Positions 10,456 through 20,493 of a DNA stretch of 64,000 bases are shown here, one piece after another. The stretch is taken from NCBI GenBank assembly GCA_034530615.2, contig JAVRCV020000030.1, forward strand, positions 1 through 64,000, read 5' to 3'. The notes under the pieces are model-generated. The model was not told the origin of the DNA and did not search any database. It saw nothing but the letters and a program-made list of their open reading frames with translations. Source of the DNA: Aulosira sp. ZfuVER01 (GTDB taxonomy: Bacteria; Cyanobacteriota; Cyanobacteriia; Cyanobacteriales; Nostocaceae). Position numbers and translations under genes: made by a program. Numbering within the stretch: the first letter of the stretch is position 1; every line of letters starts with the position of its first letter.

Positions 10456-11688
10456 ATGGCAGATCGAATGCAGTGGACAAATGCCCTGTCAACCCGTCCT
10501 TCGTTAGAAGCAGCTATTACAGATGTGGTAGAAAGGGCTGTCTCATCGTTAAACGTACCAGCAGATCTAGGGCTGGTATTCATTTCTTCTGCTTTTGCGA
10601 GCGAGTATTCGCGGCTTTTGCCTTTGCTGGCTGAGAAACTTTCAGTCCCGGTGTTAATTGGCTGTAGCGGTGGCGGTGTAATTGGTACTACAACCGAGGG
10701 ACAAACCCAAGAACTGGAAGCAGAAGCAGCTCTTAGTCTGACTTTGGCACATTTGCCTGGGGTAGATCTCCAAGTCTTTCATGTTGTTGCTGAAGAATTG
10801 CCTGACTTGGATAGCTCTCCAGATGCTTGGATTGACTTGATTGGTGTACCACCATCATCAAAACCCCAGTTTATTTTGCTAGGTGGTACCTTTTCATCTG
10901 GAATCAACGATCTATTGCAGGGGCTAGATTTTGCTTATCCCGGATCGGTAACAGTGGGAGGACAGGCTAGCGCTGGCGGGATGAGTGGTCGCATGGCTCT
11001 ATTTTGTAACGATCGCCTGTATCGAGAAGGGACAGTAGGATTGGCTTTGAGTGGCAATATTGTGCTAGAAACAATCGTCGCTCAAGGATGCCGCCCAATT
11101 GGTGAGCCACTGCAAGTGACGAAAGCTGAACGCAATATCATTTTGGAACTCGATGAGCAAGTACCCTTAGTAGTATTGCGCGAATTAATTGCCAATCTCA
11201 GCGAAAAAGAGCGAATACTAGCACAACATTCTTTGTTTGTTGGGGTAGCAATGGATGAGTTTAAGACTTCTTTGCACCAGGGAGATTTTTTAATTCGCGG
11301 TATCTTGGGTGTAGATCCTTCAGCCGGTGCGATCGCAATTGGCGATCGCGTGCGTCCTGGTCAACGTCTCCAATTCCATCTCCGTGATGCCGAAGCATCC
11401 GCAGAAGATTTAGAATTTCTCCTCCAGCAGTATCAAAACCAAAGCGCTGCTGAAGGTGCTGCCGCAGCTGCTTTAATGTTTTCCTGTGTGGGTCGTGGTG
11501 AAGGACTCTACGGCAAACCCAATTTCGATTCTGAGCTATTTAGACGCTACATCAAAGATATTCCTGTAGGTGGTTTTTTCTGTAACGGCGAAATCGGCCC
11601 TGTAGGTGGCAGTACTTTTTTACATGGTTACACCTCAGTATTTGGAATTTGCCGAGCCTTAGATCTGGAAGATGAGAAGGTAGGGTAA
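10456..11688 (+). CDS. FIST N/C domain sensory protein
   Basis: IGCSGGG, AQGCRPIG, FSCVGRG and GFFCNGEIGP. ATG at 10456 preferred over TTG at 10366. Confidence 0.9.
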   Translation: MADRMQWTNALSTRPSLEAAITDVVERAVSSLNVPADLGLVFISSAFASEYSRLLPLLAEKLSVPVLIGCSGGGVIGTTTEGQTQELEAEAALSLTLAHLPGVDLQVFHVVAEELPDLDSSPDAWIDLIGVPPSSKPQFILLGGTFSSGINDLLQGLDFAYPGSVTVGGQASAGGMSGRMALFCNDRLYREGTVGLALSGNIVLETIVAQGCRPIGEPLQVTKAERNIILELDEQVPLVVLRELIANLSEKERILAQHSLFVGVAMDEFKTSLHQGDFLIRGILGVDPSAGAIAIGDRVRPGQRLQFHLRDAEASAEDLEFLLQQYQNQSAAEGAAAAALMFSCVGRGEGLYGKPNFDSELFRRYIKDIPVGGFFCNGEIGPVGGSTFLHGYTSVFGICRALDLEDEKVG

Positions 11689-11750
11689 TGGGCATTGGGC
11701 AAGAAGGCAATTGCTAAGAGTCAAGAGTTATTTCTCCCTCATCTCCCTCA

Positions 11751-12863
11751 TCACTCTGTCTTCTCCAGCAGAATAGTACTGTTGTTATCAATGAGAGTCG
11801 GAGTTCCACCTGTGGCGATCGCACTATATTTTTGAATGTAGCGGCGCACTTTGTGGGGAAACTGGGGGAAGTCTAATAAAGCATCACCATCGGCAATGGT
11901 TGCCCAGAAATCGCGCAAACTAGGAGCTAGTTCTTCTGCTTGGTCAGTTGGTAGGTTTAAAGGGGGTAGAGTTAGCAACTTCATCAAGAAGGGGAAAGAG
12001 CGATCGCCCATCCATTGCCTAGATAACTGTTGTAAATTGGGAAAATCAGGTACTGACCTTACACGATGTGATAAAATTTGCAACCATTGTCTGCCGTAGT
12101 TATCGCGATGGTACTCTAAAACTCGGTAAGGGTGGGGATAACTGACCAAAGAACCAGTGGTAATATCGTATACCCCATCTGAACAGGCCACATCCTGAAC
12201 GTGCAAATGCCCCGTAAATACTAAATTAACTCCGTAGCGCCGTAGCAACGTTACTAGTTCCCGCGCATTTTCCAACATATAGCGATTTGCCATTGGATGG
12301 CAGGATTGATTGGGCAGATGTTCCACAACATTGTGATGCACCATGACTAACACCAATTCATTTGTGGCTGCTGCTAGCACCTGTTCTAACCACCTTAATT
12401 GTTCGCTATCCAAACGCCCTATTTGCTGACCTTGGTCATTAAAAGAGTTGGAATTTAGCCCAATCAGTCGGACTCCAGGCATTAACTGACTGGTGTAGTA
12501 AAGTTGCTGTGGATTTTCATAACCAAACTTGCGGTAATAGCCAGGAAAATCAGCAAAAGCAATAGATTGCCGATCTGCCATCAGTACAGGAACGTCATGA
12601 TTACCAGGGACAACATACACGGGAAAAGGTAACTTCGCTAAACGTTGTTGTAACCAAGTGTGGTTATCTGGTTCACCGTGTTGAGTTAAGTCTCCTGGGA
12701 TTAATAGAAAATCTAAATCGAGTTGTGTTAAATGTTCTAATACACTTTCAAAAGCTGGAATGCTGACCTCCACCAAATGAAATCGGCTGGGATGATCCCA
12801 GATTGTGTGGGGAAGTGCGATGTGTAAATCGCTAACTATGGCAAAACGAAAATTTAGAGCCAT
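11751..12863 (-). CDS. Calcineurin-like metallophosphoesterase
   Basis: DLH, GDLT, GNHD, HH and GHLH metal-binding motifs. Confidence 0.9.
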   Translation of the reverse strand: MALNFRFAIVSDLHIALPHTIWDHPSRFHLVEVSIPAFESVLEHLTQLDLDFLLIPGDLTQHGEPDNHTWLQQRLAKLPFPVYVVPGNHDVPVLMADRQSIAFADFPGYYRKFGYENPQQLYYTSQLMPGVRLIGLNSNSFNDQGQQIGRLDSEQLRWLEQVLAAATNELVLVMVHHNVVEHLPNQSCHPMANRYMLENARELVTLLRRYGVNLVFTGHLHVQDVACSDGVYDITTGSLVSYPHPYRVLEYHRDNYGRQWLQILSHRVRSVPDFPNLQQLSRQWMGDRSFPFLMKLLTLPPLNLPTDQAEELAPSLRDFWATIADGDALLDFPQFPHKVRRYIQKYSAIATGGTPTLIDNNSTILLEKTE

Positions 12864-13386
12864 TGATTTCAGGATACTTTTAAAAGTAGGGTTAAAACAA
12901 GTCTTTTCCAAAAAGTATAACCCTTGCTTTGTAACCCTGTGTAGGATTGCTTATGCTTAACATTCGTACATATTAAATCTAGATTAAAAATCTAGCAGCT
13001 ATGCTGTTCGACCTAACCGGGTTGCCTAGAGAGTTTTTGTATAGTAGGCAGAAGTAGAAAATAGTGCATGGATGTCTATGATAAGAATCAGCATCATCGG
13101 TAATTATTTACTGGCATCTATATTGAGCATTAGTTATTAATAATTAACTAGAATTTTGCTGAAATTATCTTAAATTCAATGCTATTCATTAGCTTTAATT
13201 TATAAAACCAAAAAATCATCATTGTTCAAAATATTAATAATATCGTCCTTCCAAATAATCCAGCTATGCAAAACTATAAGAAAATTTTTTAGAGACTTTA
13301 TATTTATCTTTATTTTGAATTAGGATTTAAGTTAATATATTAATTACGATTGCTATTTAATATTTTCACGTCAAGGAGAGTCTATT

Positions 13387-14043
13387 TTGGCTGCTGTGCG
13401 AGTACGTCAACACGTTAATCCGCTTGCTCAAAAGTATCAAACACCAGTGAGTTCCCTTGATTGGGATAAATTGTATGCTCAACCTTACCAACCACTACAT
13501 CTAGATATTGGTTGCGCTAGGGGACGGTTTTTGTTGAATATGGCAACGATAGAAGCAAACTGGAATTTTCTGGGTTTGGAAATTCGAGAACCCCTTGTAG
13601 TTGAGGCAAATCATTTATGTTCGGAATTGGGTTTAACAAACCTCCACTATTTATTTTGTAATGTAAATAGATCGTTGAAAACACTATTATCTTCTCTACC
13701 CACAGGTACTTTACAACGAGTCACAATTCAATTTCCCGATCCTTGGTTTAAAACCCGCCATGCTAAACGGCGAATAGTGCAACCAGAATTAGTGTCAGAC
13801 TTAGCAAAGTATCTTGCGGTTGGTGGTGTTGTATTTTTGCAATCAGATATAGAATTTTTAGCAGTAGAAATGCGCGATATCTTTGCTCATAATTCAACCT
13901 TTCAGAAACTTAGTGCAGAAGAATGGCTGACGGTAAACCCGCTACCTGTCTCTACAGAAAGAGAAATAGCTACTCAGAATAAGGGTGAACCAATTTATCG
14001 TACTTTATTTATTAAAAGAGAAGTGGTAAAAGAAAACTTTTAA
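13387..14043 (+). CDS. trmB: tRNA (guanine-N7)-methyltransferase
   Basis: RVRQHVNP, DIGCARG and FPDPWFKTRHAKRR. TTG start after AAGGAG. Confidence 0.93.
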   Translation: MAAVRVRQHVNPLAQKYQTPVSSLDWDKLYAQPYQPLHLDIGCARGRFLLNMATIEANWNFLGLEIREPLVVEANHLCSELGLTNLHYLFCNVNRSLKTLLSSLPTGTLQRVTIQFPDPWFKTRHAKRRIVQPELVSDLAKYLAVGGVVFLQSDIEFLAVEMRDIFAHNSTFQKLSAEEWLTVNPLPVSTEREIATQNKGEPIYRTLFIKREVVKENF

Positions 14044-14086
14044 GTTCATACCTAAGACTAAATCCAGAGATTGGCTCATCAGTTGG

Positions 14087-14125
14087 CAATAGTCAGTAGT
14101 CAGTTTTTTTTGCTACTGACTATTG
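14087..14125. terminator. 13-bp hairpin downstream of trmB
   Basis: CAATAGTCAGTAG pairs with CTACTGACTATTG. No clear downstream U-tract. Confidence 0.45.
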
Positions 14126-14585
14126 AGATTGTTAGCGATAAAACTGAGCAAAATGCTTAACGAAGAAAGGTAGAAGGCAAGAAGCAGGATGAAGAACAGA
14201 TATTTTTGCCATCTATTAAACGGGTTTAAAGACACTATTATATTTATTTACGAAAAAAATCCTCTAATTTTTTTCGAGATGTAAAGCGAAGGAAGCCGCT
14301 TAGGCAAGTTTCCTGAGTTGGGTAGACTGCCGAATTTTGAATTAGTATTACTTGTCTATCATGGAATTGAGAACCTCAAAATAGAAGATTTTAAATTTGT
14401 GTCAGTGATATAGTAGCTGAACGCTGAAGCTGCTTTATATTTACTTCATAAATTAGCTAGTAATTGCAAGGATGTTTTAAAGTCTAGGTGAATTTAGCTT
14501 GATATTACTTAAGTGTATGCATAAATATGGAAGGTAATTGCTTAGGAAAGCAGCTAAATACCATAAATTAGAATATTAAAGAGCA

Positions 14586-17249
14586 ATGGTAATCCAGGGG
14601 TTAGAAAATAAAGTAGATTCAATTATTGCGAGTTCTATTGGTAATTCCAACAATTGGACAATTGAGCAATTAATTATCGATGCTGTCAGACAAAATCCGG
14701 GAGCTACAGCGATCGCATCTCCTGGCCGCCCTACTCTGACATATACTCGCCTTTATGACCACATCCACAATGTTATTACCACCTTAAATGCCAAAGGCTT
14801 AGGTTTGGGCGATCGCATTGCGATTGTTCTGCCTAATGGCCCAGAAATGGCAGTTACCTTTTTAGCGGTAGCTATTGCTGCTACTAGTGCGCCTCTCAAC
14901 CCGGCTTATAGCGCAGGGGAATTTGACTTTTATTTAGGAGATTTGAATGCAAAAGCACTGATTGTACAATCAGGAATCGATTCTCCAGCCAGACAAGTTG
15001 CAGCAGCGCGTAATATCCCAGTTATTGAATTAGTACCACAGTTGGCAGCAGAGGCAGGAATCTTTGAGCTAGTAGGTGAAACTCATTTATCTCCAGTAGA
15101 GCGCACTAGTAATAATAACGAGGATATCGCCCTGGTATTGCATACATCAGGAACCACTGCCAGACCCAAAATTGTGCCTCTGACACAGGCTAATTTGTAT
15201 GCATCAGCCCAAAACATTCAAAAGGCACTTGCATTACAGCCAGGCGATCGCTGCTTGAATGTTATGCCCCTATTTCATATTCATGGGCTAAGTACAGTAT
15301 TTTCTTCCCTAGCGGCGGGAGGTAGTGTAGTCTGTACTCCTAACTTTGATCCAGTCAAGTTTTTCGAGTGGATCAAACAGTTCCACCCCAGTTGGTACAC
15401 AGCTGTACCAACTATTCATCAGGCGATTTTAGCAGAGGTGGAAGCTCACCGCAGTACCGTCAAGCAATACCCACTGCGTTTTATTCGCTCTGCGTCCTCA
15501 GCACTACCGCCGCAGGTGATGCAGGCGTTAGAACAAGCGTTTAACGTGCCAGTAATTGAAGCCTACGGCATGACAGAAGCTGCTCCTCAAATTACCTCTA
15601 ATCCTCTACCACCACAAAAGCGGAAATTATATTCAGCAGGTCTTGCTGCCGGTCCAGAAGTGGGGATTATGGATGAAGTCGGAAATCTGCTGGCAAATGG
15701 TGAACCTGGAGAAGTTGTCATCCGGGGTAGCAATGTCATGCTTGGTTATGAAAACAATCCCACAGCTAACTCAAATGCCTTTACTAATGGATGGTTTAGA
15801 ACTGGAGACCAAGGCTATTTAGATAAAGAAGGTTACTTATTCATTACAGGTAGGCTGAAAGAACAAATTAATCGCGGTGGTGAGAAAATTTCCCCTAGGG
15901 AAGTAGATGAAGTATTATTAGACCACCCGGCGATCGCTCAAGCAGTAGCCTTTGCCGTGCCCCATCCTACCCTCGGTGAAGATGTGGCAGCAGCAATAGT
16001 CTTGCGATCAAATACTACTGTTACCGATCGAGAAATTCGAGAATTTGTTGCCACTAGATTGGCTGAATTCAAAGTACCAAATCAAATAGTATTTGTCGCT
16101 GAAATTCCTAAAGGTTCTACAGGGAAACTCCAGCGCATTGGTTTGGCACAAAAGCTCAAAGAGCAATTGCAAGCGAATTTTGTTGCACCCAGAACTGAGC
16201 TAGAAAAAGTACTGGCTCTAATTTGGGCTGAGGTTCTGAATATAGAGCAGGTAGGAATTTATGATAATTTCTTTGCTTTAGGTGGTGACTCGTTGCTGGC
16301 ACTACGTCTGTTCAACAAAATTGAGCAGCAATTAGGCTATAGCCTACCTATGTCTACCTTGATGCAAGCATCAACAATTGAGCAACTAGTAAATATTATT
16401 AGCGATGCAGAATCTTCAAATACTTGGTCTCCCTTGGTAGCAATTCAGCCACAAGGTTCTCGACCACCGCTATTTTTGGTTCATGCAGTTTGGGGTAATG
16501 TCCTGTTCTATCGGGATTTGGTGCGTTATTTGCACGCAGATCAACCAGTTTATGGTCTGCAAGCCAAAGGAATTGATGCTAAACAAGTACCTTTCACTTC
16601 CTTGAATGAAATGGCCGCTTATTACATTCAAGAAATCCGTAAGGTTCAACCCAAGGGCCCCTATTATATTGGTGGCTATTCCTTTGGCGGCATCATAGCT
16701 TTTGAAATTGCCCAACAACTCCAAGCGCAGAGCGAAAAAATTGGTTTGCTCTCAATATTTGATGTCTCATCTCCAGGTTATGCTAAACCGATTCCCAACT
16801 CAGGTAATAGCAGATTTTTCCATTTGCAAAAACTATTGAGTTTGAACATCAAAGACCAGCTAACTTATGTCTGGGAGAGGGTATTTTGGCATTTGCAAAT
16901 TGGCAAGGCTAGCGCATTTTATCGATTTTACCTGCGCTATATTAAACGCTCACTACCAGATCTGCGGCTATTGCAAGTAGCTTTGGCGAATAATAAAGCG
17001 GGTAAGAGCTATGTACCGTCAATTTATCCCGGTCAAGTAACTTTGTTCCGCGCTAGTCAGCAAAATGTCGGCTTAGATGTTGACTTGAAATTAGGCTGGG
17101 GTAAGCTAGCGGCGGGTGGGGTGGAACTCCATCATGTTCCTGGCGCTCATGCTTCCTTGATTCAAGAACCTAACGTACAGGTGCTAGCGGAAAAATTCCA
17201 AGTTTGTTTGGATAAAGCACAAGCAGATTTGCTAGAGTCTAGCCGCTAA
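14586..17249 (+). CDS. Stand-alone NRPS-like enzyme A-T-TE, copy 1, with an acyl-CoA-ligase-type (oxalyl-CoA synthetase-like) A domain
   Basis: HTSGTT, YGMTE, WFRTGD, GRLKEQINRGGEKI and PKGSTGK. Carrier motif FFALGGDSL. Thioesterase GYSFGG with a C-terminal His. Confidence 0.9.
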   Translation: MVIQGLENKVDSIIASSIGNSNNWTIEQLIIDAVRQNPGATAIASPGRPTLTYTRLYDHIHNVITTLNAKGLGLGDRIAIVLPNGPEMAVTFLAVAIAATSAPLNPAYSAGEFDFYLGDLNAKALIVQSGIDSPARQVAAARNIPVIELVPQLAAEAGIFELVGETHLSPVERTSNNNEDIALVLHTSGTTARPKIVPLTQANLYASAQNIQKALALQPGDRCLNVMPLFHIHGLSTVFSSLAAGGSVVCTPNFDPVKFFEWIKQFHPSWYTAVPTIHQAILAEVEAHRSTVKQYPLRFIRSASSALPPQVMQALEQAFNVPVIEAYGMTEAAPQITSNPLPPQKRKLYSAGLAAGPEVGIMDEVGNLLANGEPGEVVIRGSNVMLGYENNPTANSNAFTNGWFRTGDQGYLDKEGYLFITGRLKEQINRGGEKISPREVDEVLLDHPAIAQAVAFAVPHPTLGEDVAAAIVLRSNTTVTDREIREFVATRLAEFKVPNQIVFVAEIPKGSTGKLQRIGLAQKLKEQLQANFVAPRTELEKVLALIWAEVLNIEQVGIYDNFFALGGDSLLALRLFNKIEQQLGYSLPMSTLMQASTIEQLVNIISDAESSNTWSPLVAIQPQGSRPPLFLVHAVWGNVLFYRDLVRYLHADQPVYGLQAKGIDAKQVPFTSLNEMAAYYIQEIRKVQPKGPYYIGGYSFGGIIAFEIAQQLQAQSEKIGLLSIFDVSSPGYAKPIPNSGNSRFFHLQKLLSLNIKDQLTYVWERVFWHLQIGKASAFYRFYLRYIKRSLPDLRLLQVALANNKAGKSYVPSIYPGQVTLFRASQQNVGLDVDLKLGWGKLAAGGVELHHVPGAHASLIQEPNVQVLAEKFQVCLDKAQADLLESSR

Positions 17250-17284
17250 ATCAGCAACGCTAGAAGCACAATACATTGTTAATA

Positions 17285-17355
17285 ATTCAAAATTCAAAAC
17301 AGTCTCGGTTAGGGATTTAAACCTCAACTGAGACTATTTGTAGATTTAGGGATCT
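17285..17355. repeat. TTCAAAA-led palindromic dispersed repeat between the two NRPS-like genes
   Basis: TTCAAAATTCAAAAC followed by the hairpin AGTCTCGGTT (17301-17310) / AACTGAGACT (17326-17335). Confidence 0.4.
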
Positions 17356-17664
17356 GAAACTTTCTCTTGTAATGTGCGTTTTATAGCTATTTCTGTCCCT
17401 ACAAGTTTTTCTCTTATTACTAAATTTTAGATGATCGTTAACTGGATATTTTTCTCTCATCAAAGTAAGAAATGGATAGGAAAAATTCCATTAATAGAAG
17501 GCTTTGGCTATTTTTTTGTTAACTACACATATCAATTACTAGCGATTTTAGCAAGCCCTTGAGATGGCATTTCTTTATAATTACTTTATAAATTACGTAA
17601 TAATGATATTGATGTATTGAAGGCTTGATGAAGAGGAAAAATTATACTGTAAGTGGCTGTATAT

Positions 17665-17700
17665 CTATTAATAGCTTTTTTCGAGAAAGCTATTAATAGC
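17665..17700. promoter_or_regulatory. Double palindrome, candidate operator for NRPS-like copy 2
   Basis: 14-bp inverted repeat CTATTAATAGCTTT / AAAGCTATTAATAG. Each arm contains the palindrome CTATTAATAG. Confidence 0.4.
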
Positions 17701-17728
17701 TATAGGAATTTAAGTACATTAAAGACAA

Positions 17729-20371
17729 ATGGCAAAACAAGAGTTACAAGAGAGAGCCACGTCAATCTTTGGTACTTCAACAAATTTGACAATTGAGCAG
17801 TTACTTATAGATGGTGTCCGAAAAAATCCAGGAGCCAGAGCGATCGCGTCTCCTGGTCGTCTCCCTCTAACATACGCTCGTCTTTACGAACATATCAAAA
17901 ATATCCGTGCAACCTTAAATGCAATGGGATTGGGGGTAGGCGATCGCGTTGCCATTGTACTGCCCAATGGCCCAGAGATGGCGGCGGCTTTCTTGTGTGT
18001 AGCTGCCTGTGTGACTAGTGCTCCCCTCAATCCTGCTTATAGCGCCGAGCAATTTGATTTTTATTTAGGAGATTTGAATGCCAAGGCACTGATTGTGCAA
18101 TCAGGGAAAGATTCAATAGCAAGAGAAGTTGCCGCAGCGCGTAATATCCCCATTATTGAACTAGTGCCCAACTTAGAGGCAGAGGCGGGAATCTTTGAAC
18201 TAGTAGGTGAAACCAACTTACCTCCTGTAGAAAGCAATCAAAGTCGCAATGAAGATATTGCTCTGGTTTTGCATACTTCAGGAACCACTGTCCGTCCCAA
18301 GATTGTGCCGCTGACACAGGCTAATTTGTATATTGCAGCAGACATTATTAAAAATGCACTGGAGTTAACACCAAGTGATTGTTGCTTGAATGTTATGCCC
18401 CTGTTCCACGTACAGGGGTTATTTATATCCATCCTTTCCTCTATTGCATCTGGTGGTAGTGTTGCCTGCGCTCCAGGATTTGATGTTTCGCAGTTTTTTG
18501 TCTGGCTGCAAGCAATGCAAGCAACCTGGTATTCAGCAGTCCCGACGATCCATCAAGCAATTTTAAGTGCTACTGATATCCATCAAACTTTAGATAGCAT
18601 TCCCAAACTGCGATTTATTCGTTCTGGAGGTGCAGCTCTACCACGCCCAGTCATGAGAGCCTTAGAAGAATTCTTCCAGGCTCCAGTACTAGAAGGTTAT
18701 GGCATGACGGAGACGGGCTGTATAATTGGACTCAATCCTTTACCACCTCGTCAGCGGAAACCTGGTTCTGTAGGAATTGCCACTGGCATGAAATTAGGAA
18801 TCATGGATGAGACTGGTAATTTACTACAACCTTATGAAGTTGGGGAGATTGTAGTACAGGGCGGCCATGTGATGCTCGCTTACGAAAATAATCCTGTAGC
18901 TAATCAAAACTCGTTTACGAATGGCTGGTTTAGAACCGGAGATCAAGGCTATCTAGATAACGAAGGTTACTTGTTCCTCACAGGCAGGTTGAAGGAACAA
19001 ATTAATCGTGGTGGTGAGAAAATTGCCCCTAGAGAAATAGATGATGTCATAGTAGAACACCCAGCAGTAGACCAAGCAGTAGCCTTTGCAGTACCTCATC
19101 CTACCCTCGGTGAGGATTTAGCAGCAGCAATAGTCCTGCGGCCAAACGCTAGTGTGACTGACAAAGAAATTCGTGAATTTGTCGCTTCCAAACTGGCTGG
19201 TTTTAAAGTACCAAATCAAATAGTATTTGTAGCAGAAATCCCCAAAGGCTCCACAGGTAAACTCCAGCGTATTGGTTTGGCACAAAAGCTCAAAGAGCAA
19301 TTGCAGGCGAATTTCCTTGCACCCAGAACTGAGTTAGAAAAGGTATTGGCTCTAATTTGGGCTGAAGTTCTGAATATAGAGCAGGTAGGAATTTATGATA
19401 ATTTCTTTGCTTTAGGTGGCGACTCGTTGTTAGCGGTACGCTTGTTCAACAAAATTGAGCAGAAACTAGGCTACAGCCTACCTCTGTCTACCTTGATTCC
19501 CGCACCCACGATTGAGCAATTTGCTGATGTAATTCGTCGTGCAGAATCTTCAGAATCTAGCTCATCTCTAGTAGCAATTCGTCCAGACGGTTCTCGACCA
19601 CCGCTATTTTTGATTCATGCAGTTTGGGGTAATGTCCTGATGTATCGGGATTTGGTGCGTTATTTGCACCCAGATCAACCAGTTTATGCGCTGCAAGCAA
19701 AGGGAATTGATGGTCAACAAGCGCCCCTGACTGACTTAAGTGAAATGGCTGCTCACTATATTCAAGAAATTCGTCAGGTGCAACCCAATGGCCCCTACTA
19801 TATTGGTGGCTATTCTTTTGGTGGGATCATCGGCTTTGAAATGGCCCAACAACTCCAAGCGCAAGGTGAAAAAATTGCACTGCTGGCGATATTTGATGTC
19901 TCATCTCCAGGTTATGCTAAACCGATTCCCAACTCAGATGATGCTAGCTTTTTCCATCTGCGGAAACTTTTGAGTTTGAATATTAAAGACCAGCTAACTT
20001 ATTTATGGGAGAGGGTATTTTGGCATTTGCAAATTGGCAAGGTGAGTATGTTTTATCGGTTTTACCTGCGTTATATTAAACGCTCACTACCAGATCTGCG
20101 ACTGTTAGAAGTAGCTTTGGCGAATAATAAAGCAGGTAAGAGCTATGTACCTTCAATCTATCCCGGTCAAGTGACTTTATTCCGCGCTAGTCAGCAAAAT
20201 GTTGGGTTAGATGTTGACTTGGAATTAGGCTGGGGTAAGTTAGCGGCTGGCGGGGTGGAACTCCATCATGTTCCTGGTACTCATGCTTCCCACATCCAAG
20301 AACCTAACATACAGGTACTTGCTAAAAAATTCCAAGCTTGTTTAAATCGGGCACAAATGAATGTGCTATAG
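17729..20371 (+). CDS. Stand-alone NRPS-like enzyme A-T-TE, copy 2 (paralogue of 14586-17249)
   Basis: Same domain motifs (HTSGTT, YGMTE, GGDSL, GYSFGG) and collinear with copy 1. Confidence 0.9.
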   Translation: MAKQELQERATSIFGTSTNLTIEQLLIDGVRKNPGARAIASPGRLPLTYARLYEHIKNIRATLNAMGLGVGDRVAIVLPNGPEMAAAFLCVAACVTSAPLNPAYSAEQFDFYLGDLNAKALIVQSGKDSIAREVAAARNIPIIELVPNLEAEAGIFELVGETNLPPVESNQSRNEDIALVLHTSGTTVRPKIVPLTQANLYIAADIIKNALELTPSDCCLNVMPLFHVQGLFISILSSIASGGSVACAPGFDVSQFFVWLQAMQATWYSAVPTIHQAILSATDIHQTLDSIPKLRFIRSGGAALPRPVMRALEEFFQAPVLEGYGMTETGCIIGLNPLPPRQRKPGSVGIATGMKLGIMDETGNLLQPYEVGEIVVQGGHVMLAYENNPVANQNSFTNGWFRTGDQGYLDNEGYLFLTGRLKEQINRGGEKIAPREIDDVIVEHPAVDQAVAFAVPHPTLGEDLAAAIVLRPNASVTDKEIREFVASKLAGFKVPNQIVFVAEIPKGSTGKLQRIGLAQKLKEQLQANFLAPRTELEKVLALIWAEVLNIEQVGIYDNFFALGGDSLLAVRLFNKIEQKLGYSLPLSTLIPAPTIEQFADVIRRAESSESSSSLVAIRPDGSRPPLFLIHAVWGNVLMYRDLVRYLHPDQPVYALQAKGIDGQQAPLTDLSEMAAHYIQEIRQVQPNGPYYIGGYSFGGIIGFEMAQQLQAQGEKIALLAIFDVSSPGYAKPIPNSDDASFFHLRKLLSLNIKDQLTYLWERVFWHLQIGKVSMFYRFYLRYIKRSLPDLRLLEVALANNKAGKSYVPSIYPGQVTLFRASQQNVGLDVDLELGWGKLAAGGVELHHVPGTHASHIQEPNIQVLAKKFQACLNRAQMNVL

Positions 20372-20493
20372 CCTAGCCGCGAAATGAGCAACAGCATCAA
20401 TTCAATCTAATAACCAGCTGAAAGTAACCAAATACCCTAAATCTGTAGCCGAATTCTACGTTTGCTTTTTTTTGTCAGGGGCACACTACACTA

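Noticed and set aside
14586..20371. Mycosporine (mysE-type) or scytonemin cluster
   Set aside because: The A-T-TE layout resembles MysE, but the A domains are acyl-CoA-ligase type and no mysABC or scy genes are nearby.
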